Positions 20,726-31,890 of a DNA stretch of 64,000 nt are shown piece after piece (positions within the stretch are counted from its first letter, which is position 1; every line of letters begins with the position of its first letter). Both the position numbers and the translations under genes were made by a program. The notes under the pieces are model-generated. The model was not told the origin of the DNA. It made no database searches and was given only the letters and a program-made list of their open reading frames with translations. Source of the DNA: Candidatus Marinacidobacterales bacterium (GTDB lineage: Bacteria; Acidobacteriota; Vicinamibacteria; Marinacidobacterales; DATDRI01); contig CBDCNP010000002.1 of assembly GCA_965219415.1 (NCBI GenBank), positions 3,520,001 to 3,584,000 of the forward strand. Direction: 5' to 3'.

Positions 20726-21238
20726 TTGTCGGGAAAGGCTCGGTGGGCTGCTGAGATACTACCACCGAGAGGCGGCATGAAAACTGGAGCCACGGCCGGC
20801 GAGAAGGAAATTCAGACCACCGGGTTCTTTGTCTTCGGCGCCCTCACTTTGATCGTGGCACTCCTTAAGCTGGCCGTTTTCAGCGACTGGTCGTGGTGGC
20901 GAGTATCACTACCCATCTTGATCTTTGTCGGCTTCAATATCGCTTACATAGTCACGGGCTTTGGCTATCTGTCCTTTGCTGAGGCCAGGGAAAGACCCTC
21001 CCGGGACGAAGTCAACCCACTCGGTCAGCATCACGGCCCGCTCTACTGGAGCTCGATGCTCTTCTTCGCGGCGTTTGCCGATAATCTGGTCCGATACCTG
21101 GAAGGCACCGAGGACTCATTCTGGTTTTGGGGTCTGTCTGGGCGCCTTGAAGCGGTGTTCATTTTCGGCAGTCTCAGTATCGTCGGCCTATTCCTGTATT
21201 GGTCGGCGATCACACGTAGCCTTGTTGAGCCGGAGTAA
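20726..21238 (+). CDS. hypothetical four-helix membrane protein
   Basis: Hydrophobic segments with DWSWWRV; probable start MKTG at about 20777. Confidence 0.6.
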   Translation: MSGKARWAAEILPPRGGMKTGATAGEKEIQTTGFFVFGALTLIVALLKLAVFSDWSWWRVSLPILIFVGFNIAYIVTGFGYLSFAEARERPSRDEVNPLGQHHGPLYWSSMLFFAAFADNLVRYLEGTEDSFWFWGLSGRLEAVFIFGSLSIVGLFLYWSAITRSLVEPE

Positions 21239-21560
21239 TTCGTGTAACACGGCCGTGTCAACCCGTATTCGGGTCGTGCCACGCGATCGAAGTGACGGAC
21301 GAATTTCTTGACCAAACGGCCACACTCGGCCGGGTAGCCAGGGAAGATGCTAGAGGCCGTCCTGTGCCAAAACTCGGCCCTTTTGAAGTAGACCGGTGCT
21401 TCCGCCATTAAGTGTTGGTGAGATGACGCTAAGACTTTACGCTGCATTAAATTACAGCCAAAATATCGCTCGCGACCTTCGCCGCGCGCCAAATGGAGCG
21501 TAAGCGCTTTTTTTGCAAAGGGATGCGTACACATTACCAACAGCAAACAGCGCAAGCACC

Positions 21561-21670
21561 AGATTCTCAACACCATGACGGCGCTCGGGATGCCTGATAG
21601 CGAGATGATCGGATGATGGGAGTCGGGGCCAAGCGAGCTCTCGGCCTCTATCGGAGTTGTGCACCAAGGC
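21561..21670 (+). pseudogene. IS5 family (IS903 group) transposase C-terminus and right end
   Basis: ILNTMTALGMPDSEMIG* followed by GTTGTGCACCAAGGC. Confidence 0.6.
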
Positions 21671-21930
21671 AGATTCAAGCAGCCTTTGGAAAGGTGCAAA
21701 CTGCTGATCCGCTGGGCGTTCGAGTATTTTGACCAGACGCGTTTCCGGACGCGTGTTTCCCCGCGCGTACGGGGAACCCGAATCGCCGGCCGCAAGGTCA
21801 CCCTCCCAGGACATTGGTATCACCTCGTTCGAATAGGCGAGGATCTCCACGACCGCCTAGGGGCAGCCCTGACGTCCAGAACAATAGACCGGATATTCGA
21901 ATACAGTCGCAAGAGCGCGCCTCTCCACGT

Positions 21931-22656
21931 TCATAAGACACCGGAGGCATCGTCGGGTGGACCGGTACGGAGCAGCCGATGCGGTTTCAACGCTCCTGAC
22001 GCCTCCCACGCATCGACATCCGACAAGACTCTGCGAAGAAACGCCTCTACCTCGTTCGTGAAGTGTCGGCACAGATCCATGGATATCTTCACCTCGTTCC
22101 ACCAGTCCATCGGCGTCTTCTCGACCTCCAAACGTCCCGGATACCTCCCAATAAGTCTGGCCACGGTCTTCCGGTGCTTGTCGATGCGGCCTCTGGTGCC
22201 TGCCCGATGCACGATGAGATCCCTGAGGTTTTGCAAGTCGATCAACGTGGACCAAACCTGGTCGTGTTTCACGTTCACGTCACACACGCCGGATTCCGTC
22301 AAGTACTTAACGGCCAGCCGAATACCTCCCCTTTTGTTGTCGAACCGCGACTTCGTCCGGCTCCCGACTCGTCTTGCACACTCGTAGAGCTGATGTTCCA
22401 GAACTGCGTAGATCAGAGTGACGACGGAGTAGGCGGCGAACCGCGGCAACCAGAACCCGAACCGCCTGTCGAGGATCTGTCGCTTAACGTCGTATTCACC
22501 GAAATCAAGACCCTGTCTTTCCGCGAGTTCGCGAAGCGCTGTCTGTTCTCGCTTCTCGTAATCCGGGACGGCTTCCTCCAATAGGCACAGCAGAGCACTA
22601 ACAGCGGCCAACTGCTCGTCCGTCTTTATCCAGAGAGGATCGAAACGTATCTTCAT
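21931..22656 (-). CDS. hypothetical protein with a HEPN-like RxxxxH motif
   Basis: YAVLEHQL helix and LQNLRDLIVHRAG; GGAGG RBS upstream. Confidence 0.6.
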   Translation of the reverse strand: MKIRFDPLWIKTDEQLAAVSALLCLLEEAVPDYEKREQTALRELAERQGLDFGEYDVKRQILDRRFGFWLPRFAAYSVVTLIYAVLEHQLYECARRVGSRTKSRFDNKRGGIRLAVKYLTESGVCDVNVKHDQVWSTLIDLQNLRDLIVHRAGTRGRIDKHRKTVARLIGRYPGRLEVEKTPMDWWNEVKISMDLCRHFTNEVEAFLRRVLSDVDAWEASGALKPHRLLRTGPPDDASGVL

Positions 22657-23041
22657 GGCCCGGTCCTCCTTTCATCCCTCAGCGGAACCGGTGGTCGTTG
22701 TGTCCAGCACAATTTTTGGACACGACGGGACGTCGCGTGCACACGAAGCCGTTCCTGAACGTCAAATACCGCGTGGTCAGCCCATCCGGCATTGCCGAAA
22801 GGATTGCGTCTCTTGAAGTCCGACTCAAACTCTAGCACGTCAGCGGGTTAAGCGGCGGCTGCCAACACTTGATAGCGGAAGCACCCTGACCATGGGGAAG
22901 GCTCAGCCCGAGCCCCTCCCCCTTCGCCACGGGGAGCGTGGCGAGGACGAGAAGAGACGCCACCAGCAGAGGGCGGTGGGCCATCAGTTTCTACACCGTT
23001 TCAATTGTCCGCGTGAGCCAGACCTTCTCCTTCCCCTGTTC

Positions 23042-26000
23042 TTACGGCTCGGATGTGGGGGTTTGTTCTTCGATACCTTTCTTACCTGGCCGCGGCGGCC
23101 TCGGCCTAATCGTCGCGAAGCGGACCGATTCCCCTCGTCGCTCCTGCGTCTTTTTCACTTCATATTCCGAATCGTAGAGGTACTTCAGATTGGCCAGGTC
23201 GAACTGAAACCCGGCGGCGGCAACGATCTTCATCCAATCCCCGTGCGCGGTCTCGTCGGGAGCCTCCGTGCCCCAGGACTTGACCGTGACGTTCGGATAG
23301 CGCGTGCCGAAATCGCGAGAGTTCGGATCCGGCTTCACCCCTTTGAGCGCTTCATAGATACGGACACGCTCATAGTAGTCGCGTTTGAAGTTCGCGGGAT
23401 CGAACCGCCCGCCGTACCGATCGTAGCGGGAGTACATGCGCTCGTTCATTGCCATCACATCCGGCTCGCTCAAAATACCGTCGACGACGTAGTTTCTGAG
23501 GGCAAACGCGACCTCTTTGTGGTGTGGGTACTTGGGGTCGTCTAGATAGCGCACGCTGGTATACCAACCGCGGGGACCGGCCCACGCGTGGTTCGTGGGG
23601 AAGCGGGCCCGCACCCAAGCCGCATAACCGGCGAAGTACTGTACCCACTCGTGTTTGGGATAGCCGTGGGGATTGAGAAAGATGTCCGGAAGCCAAGTCT
23701 TCCACAGCTCGGTGCGGACCTTCGCCTCCGGGTAGATGGGATCCTTCTCCCACATCTGGACGGTCATGTCGATTCCAAGCGAACCGAGATAACCCGCATG
23801 AAGTATGAAATCGGGAGTGATCTTGTAGAACTCGTAGGCCAGCGCCGCTCCGTCCGGGTTGGTAATCGGGTGGATGACCACGTTGACCCGCTCGAGGTAA
23901 CGCTTGTACTCCTCCTCGGTAGCAATGAGCTCCGCGAGGCGCAGGATGTGGCTGGTGCTCGAAACCTCGTTGGCGTGCTGGCGGCCCGAGATAATCAGGA
24001 CCGGCTTCACGGTGCTGGCCTTGGCCTGGGACCAGTGGCTAGCTTCCACCGGCAATTGCACGTCCATCGCCCAGATGTCCTGTCCGAGGAACGAGCGGCC
24101 GGCGTGGTAGGCGGTGAACTCGGGGAATGTGTTCAACTTGGCCACCATTTGCTCGGCTTCCGGGGGACTAATCGGAGCGTCCCAATGAACGATACGCTCC
24201 CCTTTGTGTTCATAGCTTTTCGCTACAGCCAGGATGTCCTTTTGTGGTTTCTTCCCCGTGGCCTTCAGTGGGGCAGCGGCCTCGCCGTCTCCTACCTGAA
24301 AGACGAAGTCCAATTCCCCGAGCGCGGGATACCCGAAGGCCTCGGTGTAGAGTCCATTCCTTTGGAGCTCGGCTAGAGCCTCCACCATGGCAAGTGCCTG
24401 CTCCTGAGAGAGAATCTGCCGATCCACTTGCTCTTCCCGCGCGCGGAGCAAAAGCGCCTCCCTCTCGTCCTGCTCGGTGTTCACCTTGCACTCCAGGAAC
24501 ATTTTCTCCAGACGATTCGAGCCCTCGCGGACCGTCACCGCCGCCGCCTTCGGGGTCTCGACTTCCACCGGTGCGATCTCGAGCTTCCGTTCCACCGGTT
24601 CTCCTCCCGGCTCTTGGAATCGAACCACCACTTGGGGGTAGCCCGCCGGCTTGCCGGTGAAGCGGATGACTGCCTTTCCGGGCCCACCCTTATCGGAAGG
24701 GCGCATGTACGGGAGAATTCGGCCCGGATGCCATAGCTTCTCCTCGGACATCCGCATGCCCATGACATCGAAAAAAGCGATGGTCTCGAAGTAGATGTCT
24801 TCGTGAACGGCGTCTAGCGAAGAAATGATCTCCTCGTCGATACCGATGCGATAGTTGGGCTCGCTCATCGACAGGTCAACCCGCAGCTCCCCGAAGTAAG
24901 GCGCGTAGCGGGCACGGGGCTTGCCCTCGTACAGATCCATGACGTGGCTATAGGCTCGAGGAAGGGTCGATTGCTGGTAGTGATCCCAGAACTTCTCGAT
25001 GTCGGTCAGGATTCTCTCATCCACCACTGCCTCGCCGTCCACCTTCGCCGTCACCCAACCGGTCGTCACGTGCACCTTGTCGTAGTCCGGGAATTGGTCG
25101 AACATCGGACGAATCACGTACTTGGCGTCGAAGCTCCCTCGATAGAGCTCCCCTCCTCGCTTGTCGGTCACAACAACCTCGTAGGTCGGAGACCCCGCCC
25201 CTTTCTGCTCGAACTCCACCGACTCCAGAGGGATGCTCAGGTCCCGCGCCAGAACCTCATCCACAGGATAAAGCTCCAGCAACCAACGGATCTTCGAGTA
25301 CACCTCCTGCCACTTCTCCGGCTCGAGCTCGGCGAAGCGAATTTCGATTTTCCCGATGTCCTTTCCCTGAACCGCGGGAGCCACCACTTCGGTCAGCCAG
25401 CTATAGCCCGCCTTGTATGCCGACAGCACCTGAACCTCGACCGTGCCTCCTCCCACTTTGCCTGAAAGCTCCGAGCGGATCTCCCCCTCCAACTGTTGTC
25501 GGATCTCCGGTGACTCGCTCAGTCGGACTGACAGCTCGACTTCGGAATCGGCCTTCACCTTAGGGAGTACCTTCTCCCGGAAAATCTTTCGAAAATCATC
25601 CACTTCCCAGTCGAACTCCACCGTCTCTTCGTGCAGCGTGACCGAGTCGTGGATGTTGAGGCTACCCACCTTGACGTCCACGGACGCGGCATTCAGTTTC
25701 GCGCCCAGACGCTGCTCCAGCAGACTCTCGAGCTCCGCGCTCCCTTTGTGGATGTACACTTCCGCCTCGACCCGCTCCAGGTCCTTCCCGCCGAGATCCG
25801 ACACCAGCTGGTCCAGCTTGTAGATAGCGGTCGCAGCTTGCCCGGATGCGTTCCGGGCACCAAGAAACCTCCTCGCTTCTTCAGCAACGTCCCCGAGCGT
25901 CGGACGATCTTTCCCCCGCTCATCCAAGTGCGGGAGACGCTGGCTCAAGTAATCCAACGCCGCGTCCAAACCCGCCTCGTCTCCACCCGTCACCACCACC

Positions 26001-27250
26001 GCCGCGGAGTCTTCGATCGCCTTCGGAACAACTTGCACCAGTCCCTCACCGGGTTCTAAGTCCCCGCCGCGGAGCCTTCCCTCGTCGCGCAGAGGTGCGA
26101 TCAGGTCTCCTTCGGTCTCGACCAAGATCGGGTGTCCTTCTTTCGGTACCTCTTCCAGCTTCGACACTTTCTGCGTGAAAGGCAGACGGATTCCTGCCGA
26201 TTCCAAGCCCAATCGCGTCGCCAACCAACCCACTCCAGGTCGTGCGCTTCCCTCTCCCAAGATGACCGCCATCGCGCTCGCGTCCGGGATCATGTCCTTG
26301 TTCGTGTCGTCGAAGAGTCCTTCGATGCTATAGAGGTTCGATAGATCCAGTTGTTTGCTGCCCGGCTTACCCGGAGGAGAAGCCATCGCCGTCTCGGCTC
26401 TCCCGGCACTTGGCTCGGCACTCGGTATGACGATGGTCTCCCGAGCCCCCTCCGCGGAAAGCTCTACTTCAAGGCTCGAAAGCCCCGTATAGCTCAAAAC
26501 CTCCCCGCTCTCACCCCGACCGTGCGCACTGGCCAGCGAGCGAAGCGACTCTTGAGCCGCTTGCAATTGCTGGGAGCTGGAAAGTCCCACCTCCACCGAG
26601 ACCTTCACCGTCGTTGCGCTCCCATCTGCGACCACACGAATCGATCGCGGAGCAGAAGCCGGTGAAGTCCCCGCCTCGGAAAGAAACTTCGCGACGTCGC
26701 TCTCGACCGTCTGGAAACTCGCCCCACCGATCTTCCCCACAAACGGAACGCGGCTGGCCACCGCTCGTGCCGCTGCCAAGCTCCCCGCATCATCCGCTCC
26801 GTACAGCACGAGCGCATCGTTCGAACCGAAAGCCGACTGAACCAAGACCGCCGCTCCTTGACCCGGCCCGAGTTGCGGTGCGTCCGGAAGAGACGAAGCC
26901 CACTTATTGTCCTCGCCGATGACAATGATCGAATGCCCAGCCGAAGCGGGCTCGATTTTCGTGTCCGCCACAACCAGCGGTATGTCCGTGGCCGTGGTCT
27001 CGTACCCTAGCCGGGCCGCAATCTCCGCTGCTCCAGATATGTCCGATGCGGACGCGGACTCCGGGACCACGATACGGGCATTGACGAAATCGGCAATGCC
27101 ATCCCCATTTCGATCCTCCAGGATGGCGCCACGACTGAAAAGCGAATCGAAAGCCAGCCGAGTCGTCTTTTCTTGCAGGCCTTCGAGACCCGGCACTTGA
27201 AAGACCAACACCACCGCGGCGACAACGAGACTCAACTTACGTGCGCTCAT
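23042..27250 (-). CDS. large secreted M14-family zinc carboxypeptidase
   Basis: Signal peptide at MSARK; GRQHANE (HxxE), NPDG and NPHGY motifs near the C-terminus. Confidence 0.8.
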   Translation of the reverse strand: MSARKLSLVVAAVVLVFQVPGLEGLQEKTTRLAFDSLFSRGAILEDRNGDGIADFVNARIVVPESASASDISGAAEIAARLGYETTATDIPLVVADTKIEPASAGHSIIVIGEDNKWASSLPDAPQLGPGQGAAVLVQSAFGSNDALVLYGADDAGSLAAARAVASRVPFVGKIGGASFQTVESDVAKFLSEAGTSPASAPRSIRVVADGSATTVKVSVEVGLSSSQQLQAAQESLRSLASAHGRGESGEVLSYTGLSSLEVELSAEGARETIVIPSAEPSAGRAETAMASPPGKPGSKQLDLSNLYSIEGLFDDTNKDMIPDASAMAVILGEGSARPGVGWLATRLGLESAGIRLPFTQKVSKLEEVPKEGHPILVETEGDLIAPLRDEGRLRGGDLEPGEGLVQVVPKAIEDSAAVVVTGGDEAGLDAALDYLSQRLPHLDERGKDRPTLGDVAEEARRFLGARNASGQAATAIYKLDQLVSDLGGKDLERVEAEVYIHKGSAELESLLEQRLGAKLNAASVDVKVGSLNIHDSVTLHEETVEFDWEVDDFRKIFREKVLPKVKADSEVELSVRLSESPEIRQQLEGEIRSELSGKVGGGTVEVQVLSAYKAGYSWLTEVVAPAVQGKDIGKIEIRFAELEPEKWQEVYSKIRWLLELYPVDEVLARDLSIPLESVEFEQKGAGSPTYEVVVTDKRGGELYRGSFDAKYVIRPMFDQFPDYDKVHVTTGWVTAKVDGEAVVDERILTDIEKFWDHYQQSTLPRAYSHVMDLYEGKPRARYAPYFGELRVDLSMSEPNYRIGIDEEIISSLDAVHEDIYFETIAFFDVMGMRMSEEKLWHPGRILPYMRPSDKGGPGKAVIRFTGKPAGYPQVVVRFQEPGGEPVERKLEIAPVEVETPKAAAVTVREGSNRLEKMFLECKVNTEQDEREALLLRAREEQVDRQILSQEQALAMVEALAELQRNGLYTEAFGYPALGELDFVFQVGDGEAAAPLKATGKKPQKDILAVAKSYEHKGERIVHWDAPISPPEAEQMVAKLNTFPEFTAYHAGRSFLGQDIWAMDVQLPVEASHWSQAKASTVKPVLIISGRQHANEVSSTSHILRLAELIATEEEYKRYLERVNVVIHPITNPDGAALAYEFYKITPDFILHAGYLGSLGIDMTVQMWEKDPIYPEAKVRTELWKTWLPDIFLNPHGYPKHEWVQYFAGYAAWVRARFPTNHAWAGPRGWYTSVRYLDDPKYPHHKEVAFALRNYVVDGILSEPDVMAMNERMYSRYDRYGGRFDPANFKRDYYERVRIYEALKGVKPDPNSRDFGTRYPNVTVKSWGTEAPDETAHGDWMKIVAAAGFQFDLANLKYLYDSEYEVKKTQERRGESVRFATIRPRPPRPGKKGIEEQTPTSEP

Positions 27251-27534
27251 GATCGTTCTCCTCCTCACGACTGGGCGTTTGGCCCTGTGAGTCGTGACCT
27301 CATAGGGCGACTGGCGAGGCAAACCCGTTCAAGGATGACCACAGCGAAGCGAGCCGTCGCGAGAGTGGGAGTGAGTTCCAGCAGCTTAGGGGTAGGCCCC
27401 CAGAGGATGCGTCACGCCGTGTACTGTGTACATCTACGCGACGGAAAACGCAAGGACAACTCCAGATATGGCTAAACGCGCCTTTCGAGTCCCGAGAGCG
27501 ATGCTGTCGCCCCCGACGCACGGGGGGCTCAGTC

Positions 27535-28326
27535 CTAGGAGGCGCCGAACCCGCCTCCACCCGGCGTTTCGATGACGAAGATGTCTCCCGAATTCATCTC
27601 GGTCTTATCGGTGCCTTCGAGCTCTTCGACGGTTCCGTCCTTACGCTCGACCCGGTTGCGGCCCAAGGCTCCGGTCTCACCCCCATCGACACCAAAGGGC
27701 GCTACCCTCCTGTGGCTGGAAAGGATGGCCGCGGTCATCGCCTCGCGGAAGACGATCCGCCGGCAGGTTCCATCGCCTCCCCGCTGCCGACCGGGATCCC
27801 CGGAGCCCCGACGGATCTCGAAGCGTTCTAAGAGTACCGGGAATCGCCACTCGAGCACCTCCGGATCCGTCAGACGAGAGTTCGTCATATGAGTGTGGAT
27901 GGCATCGGTGCCATCGAAGTCGGGGCCGGCGCCGGAGCCGCCGGCAACGGTCTCATAATATTGATGTCGATCGTTGCCGAAGGTGAAATTGTTCATATTG
28001 CCTTGGGAAGCAGCAAGGACACCCAACGCGCCATAGAGAGTGTCAGTAATGATTTGGCTAGTTTCGACGTTGCCGGCGACCACCGCAGCCGGATAGCGAG
28101 GGCTCAGCATCGAGCCTTCGGGGATAGTGATTTCGAGCGGATTGAGGCACCCTTCGTTCATCGGGATCTCGTCATCGACCAACGTACGAAACACGTAGAG
28201 CACCGCGGCACGGCACACCGCACTGGGCGCGTTGAAGTTCGTCGGCTGCTGGGGGCTGGTCTCGGAGAAATCGATGATCGCGCTCCGTCGTTCTTTGTCG
28301 ATGCGGATCTGCACCGCCACTTCGGC
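27535..28326 (-). pseudogene. hydantoinase B/5-oxoprolinase C-terminal fragment
   Basis: GNVETSQ, YYETVAGGSGAG, HTHMTNSRLTDPE, ETPGGGGFG; 5' part removed at element R. Confidence 0.9.
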
Positions 28327-29611
28327 TGTGCATCGTCAAAACTGCTCCGCCCACGAAATCAAGGACTTACGCTCCGCTTGAATTCCGGGCCGAAGACGGC
28401 GAAACTCCGCCGCTATGCTCAACGTTGTTGTCTTCCTCGTCTCACTTGGCGTCCGTGCCATTCGGGCGATGTGTCGGCGCCGCGCCGACCTGGTGTTGGA
28501 GAACGTCGCTTTGCGGCAGCAAGTGACGGCGCTGAAGAAAGAGCGCCCACGCCCACCGCTCGACGACACGGAACGGGCTTTCTGGGTTGCCCTTCGAGGT
28601 TCGTGGCCCGTGTGGGCGAGCCGCCTGCTCATCGTCCACGCGGACACCGTAGCCCGTTGGCATCGCGACCGATTCCGACGGTACTGGGCAAAGATCTCGC
28701 AGCGCCGCCATCCCGGTCGGCCTCGGATTGATGCCGAGATTCGTCGCCTCGTCCGCACGATGGCGCAAGACGGCTGGGGGGCGCCACGCATCCATGCTGA
28801 GCTCACCAAGCTCGGTTTCATCATCTCCGAGAGCACGGTGTCGCGATACCTGCCGCGGCGTCCCGCGGAGCCCGACCAGCTGAAACGATGGATGGCTTTC
28901 TTGCGCAACCATAAAGACGATATCGCCGCCATGGATCTGTTCACCGTGCCCACCGCGTCGCTCCGGCTGCTGTACGGCTTCTTCGTCATCGAGCACGGTC
29001 GCCGGCACATCGTTCACTTCAACGCCACGTTCCACCCGACGTCTGCTTGGGTTATTCAGCAACTACGCGAGGCGTTTCCCTACGACACCGCTCCGAGATA
29101 TCTCATCTTCGATCGCGACTTCATCTTTAACGCTGCGGTCATCGAGTTCATCAAGGCAACGGGCACAAAACCCGTTCGCACTTCGTTTCGCAGCCCATGG
29201 CAAAACGGAACCGCGGAGCGGTGGGTCGGCAGCTGCCGTCGCGAGCTCCTTGAGCACGTCGTGGTTCTCGGTGCATGTCATCTCATCCGGCTCGTGCGAG
29301 CTTACATCAGCTACTATCATGAGGACCGTTGCCACTTGGGGCTGAACAAGGACACACCGAACTTGAGAACGGTCACGCACCGACCGTCTCCTACGGCGAA
29401 AGTCGTCGCACTGCCGCGAGTCGGTGGACTGCACCATCGATACGAGTGGCGAGAGGCAGCCTGAGTCAGCTTGGTCGCTCGCGTTACTCGGCTGGTCGCC
29501 GAGAAGTTCGTCCTCAGCACCTTCCCTCGCGCGCTGACCACGCTCTCCAGCATGTGCTCGATGGCAGTCCGGGCCTAGAGTCCAGTCCCGGACAAATAAT
29601 GATGATGGACA
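28327..29611 (+). mobile_element. rve element R copy 2
   Basis: Same ends and length as copy 1; unrelated flanks, no TSD. Confidence 0.9.
28415..29464 (+). CDS. integrase-core (rve) transposase
   Basis: 349 aa, near-identical to 5225-6274. Confidence 0.9.
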   Translation: MLNVVVFLVSLGVRAIRAMCRRRADLVLENVALRQQVTALKKERPRPPLDDTERAFWVALRGSWPVWASRLLIVHADTVARWHRDRFRRYWAKISQRRHPGRPRIDAEIRRLVRTMAQDGWGAPRIHAELTKLGFIISESTVSRYLPRRPAEPDQLKRWMAFLRNHKDDIAAMDLFTVPTASLRLLYGFFVIEHGRRHIVHFNATFHPTSAWVIQQLREAFPYDTAPRYLIFDRDFIFNAAVIEFIKATGTKPVRTSFRSPWQNGTAERWVGSCRRELLEHVVVLGACHLIRLVRAYISYYHEDRCHLGLNKDTPNLRTVTHRPSPTAKVVALPRVGGLHHRYEWREAA

Positions 29612-29733
29612 GCTGACTGACAAACCTCGCCAAAAGGCCATCGAGCAAGTCGAACAGGCTACGGCCCGACTCCTACCACTGTTAAGTACCTCGTTGAATT
29701 CCGACAGCCCCCAGACATAGGATAGGGGCCCCC

Positions 29734-30213
29734 ATGGGGAATGAAAGGAGCTTCCACATCGAGCGCAGCACCAAGATCGCACGGCCAATCGGCGAGGTCT
29801 TCGCGTTCTACGACACTCCGGAAAACCTTCGGCTCATCACCTCCAGCACATCGGGCGTCGAGCTGGAACGGCTCCCGAAAGATCTTCGACCCGGGGCAAT
29901 CTTCGGATACCGTCTTCGCGGTTGGCCACTGGAGTTCCGCTGGGAAGCACTGGTGTCGGAATACCAACCACCCGCGCGCTTCGTCAACGTTCAGCGCCGT
30001 GGTCGATTCACACAATGGAGCCATGAGCGTCATTTCAAGCCGGAAGGGACGTCGACGTGGGTCCGCGAGCTGTTGAAGTATCAGATGCCTCATGGACTTC
30101 TCAGTTCGCTCGCCCACAAACTCTATGTACGAGAGAAACTTGAAGAGCTAGTCAGCACCGGACTGGAAAACGTGAGGGTAGCACTGGAACGAGGGAAGAC
30201 CGACCAGTCATGA
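29734..30213 (+). CDS. SRPBCC/polyketide cyclase-like protein
   Basis: VFAFYDTPENL, W...SEYQPPARFVNVQRRGRFTQWSHERHF. Confidence 0.85.
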   Translation: MGNERSFHIERSTKIARPIGEVFAFYDTPENLRLITSSTSGVELERLPKDLRPGAIFGYRLRGWPLEFRWEALVSEYQPPARFVNVQRRGRFTQWSHERHFKPEGTSTWVRELLKYQMPHGLLSSLAHKLYVREKLEELVSTGLENVRVALERGKTDQS

Positions 30214-30674
30214 GTCGAGTCGAGCGAACTACCCTAATCGATAGCCGGACAGAGCTGGTCTTTCAATTCCACGACGATCCACGTAACCTCCCAAAGATCC
30301 TTCCTGCTTATCTTCGAGTCGACATCGTCGAGGTGCCCAAGAGCCTGAAGCGAGGGTCCGTCTTGAAGTACGCGATGTACGTCGGTCCCTTACGGTTCGA
30401 CTGGACCGGTGAGATCGTCGAGTACGCAGCCCCTTCACAGTTCGTGGACGTTCAGGCAGCCGGGCCTTTTCAGAGCTACCGCCACACTCACGTGTTCACC
30501 CCCGAAGGGCCCGGAACGCGCATGACCGACATCATCGAGTATGAGCTCCCGCTCGGGCCGCTAGCGGAGCTGGCCAACCGCATCCACTTTCAAAGTCGTC
30601 TGGAGGAAGTGCTTGAGCATGGGCAGCAAATCACGCGCACCTTGCTGGAAGAAACTCCCAAGTCAAAAGGGTAG
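30210..30674 (+). CDS. SRPBCC family protein (tandem paralogue)
   Basis: VFQFHDDPRNL, FVDVQAAGPFQSYRHTHVF, YELPLGPL. Confidence 0.85.
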   Translation: MSRVERTTLIDSRTELVFQFHDDPRNLPKILPAYLRVDIVEVPKSLKRGSVLKYAMYVGPLRFDWTGEIVEYAAPSQFVDVQAAGPFQSYRHTHVFTPEGPGTRMTDIIEYELPLGPLAELANRIHFQSRLEEVLEHGQQITRTLLEETPKSKG

Positions 30675-30936
30675 TGCTTGGCCTACTCCACGCTCGCGTC
30701 CTAACTCAAGAACCCGGCGAGCGACCGCGACGTCCTCGATCGAGATTCCTTGCGATTCGAAAAGCGTAATGTCTTCCTCCGTCCGGCGACCCGACGCTTT
30801 CCCACACGCCAGCTGACCGAGCTCCGAGACCTCGTCCCACGCGAGCTCACCCTCTGATATCGGAGCAATTAGATCGCCGCACTCTAGGAGTGCCTGCTCC
30901 TCGGAGTCGACGACGATGCACGACGAGCGGCGTACC
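30663..30936 (-). pseudogene. ornithine cyclodeaminase/mu-crystallin C-terminal fragment
   Basis: Manual translation IVVDSEEQALLECGDL...GRRTEEDITLFESQGISIEDVAVA; cut by end J. Confidence 0.75.
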
Positions 30937-31215
30937 TGTCCCTTCCATAAACTCGAGCTGTATGAGATTGGCGAACTTCCTGCAACCAGGATGCTTTGGT
31001 CGTCTTCATGTGGGACGTTTTAAGAGTCGGCGTCGGCTCTACTCAGGGGTAGAGGTGTAAGCTGGTGCGAAGTCCGGCAGCCGTTCCGAGCGGATCGGCT
31101 CAAGCAGCGCGTCGAGTGTAATGATGATGGAGACCACCGACCTTTGGAATGGCACTGACTTTGCCCATCGCCGGTGACTCTACCCGGCGAGGCTCGGGCG
31201 CGTCCTTCTCAAGCG
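30937..31215 (-). mobile_element. right end (type J, TGTCCCTTCCATAAACTC) plus rve C-terminus
   Basis: ...PKVGGLHHHYTRRAA*; repeated at 55645-55912. Confidence 0.75.
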
Positions 31216-31244
31216 GGTGCTTGCGCTGTTTGCTGTTGGTGATG

Positions 31245-31309
31245 GGTGATGTCTTAAGATTCCTGTCAAAGAAAAACGATGTATGGTTCCCCAAGCTCAA
31301 ACCCGTCCC
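31245..31309 (+). mobile_element. isolated left end of the IS256 seen at 3397
   Basis: Matches 3397-3461; clipped by an A end at 31310. Confidence 0.85.
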
Positions 31310-31617
31310 CGTCCTGTGCCAAAACTCGGCCCTTTTGAAATAGACCATAAATCAACAGCTTAGTGTCTGCGTATTCCCCTCTCACGGCAGATCTAAACCG
31401 CGCAATCGACGCTGGATCGACTTTTTGCGGAACACGGGTCTGCCAGACGATCTTCGTCTCCTCGGTGGAGTTCCGCTGGATGAGTTCGAGGTTGGCCAAT
31501 TCGAAGTCCGCTCGGCCCACTTGAGAGACTCATGAAATTCACGAAATAGGCCGCTCTTTGCCTTCTCCCCACGCGCGATCCAGGCGTAGAACGTGGCTTC
31601 ATTGATGCCTGCGACCT

Positions 31618-31746
31618 CGTCGTGTCCAAAAATACAAACGAACTCTAAGACCCACGCGCCGGGCCGGCGCCGAGTTCATCTATCATCATTATGAAGAGCT
31701 CAACCATCAAGGGCTTGGCGACGCGTTTCTGTTTTTGGACACAACG
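31618..31746. mobile_element. MITE F (CGTCGTGTCCAAAAA...TTTTTGGACACAACG)
   Basis: Inverted ends; second copy at 35815-35960; single ends at 14354, 33415, 35210 and 36062. Confidence 0.8.
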
Positions 31747-31890
31747 GGTGGCCCGGCATTCGACTCGCGATTATGCCCGATTTGCATCCGCGCCGCCTTT
31801 CCTCTAGCATCACACCTTGTTGTAAACGGCATAAAGGGCCGGACGCACATCCCACACTGAATCATTAAACGACGAGGACGAGATTCCGAA

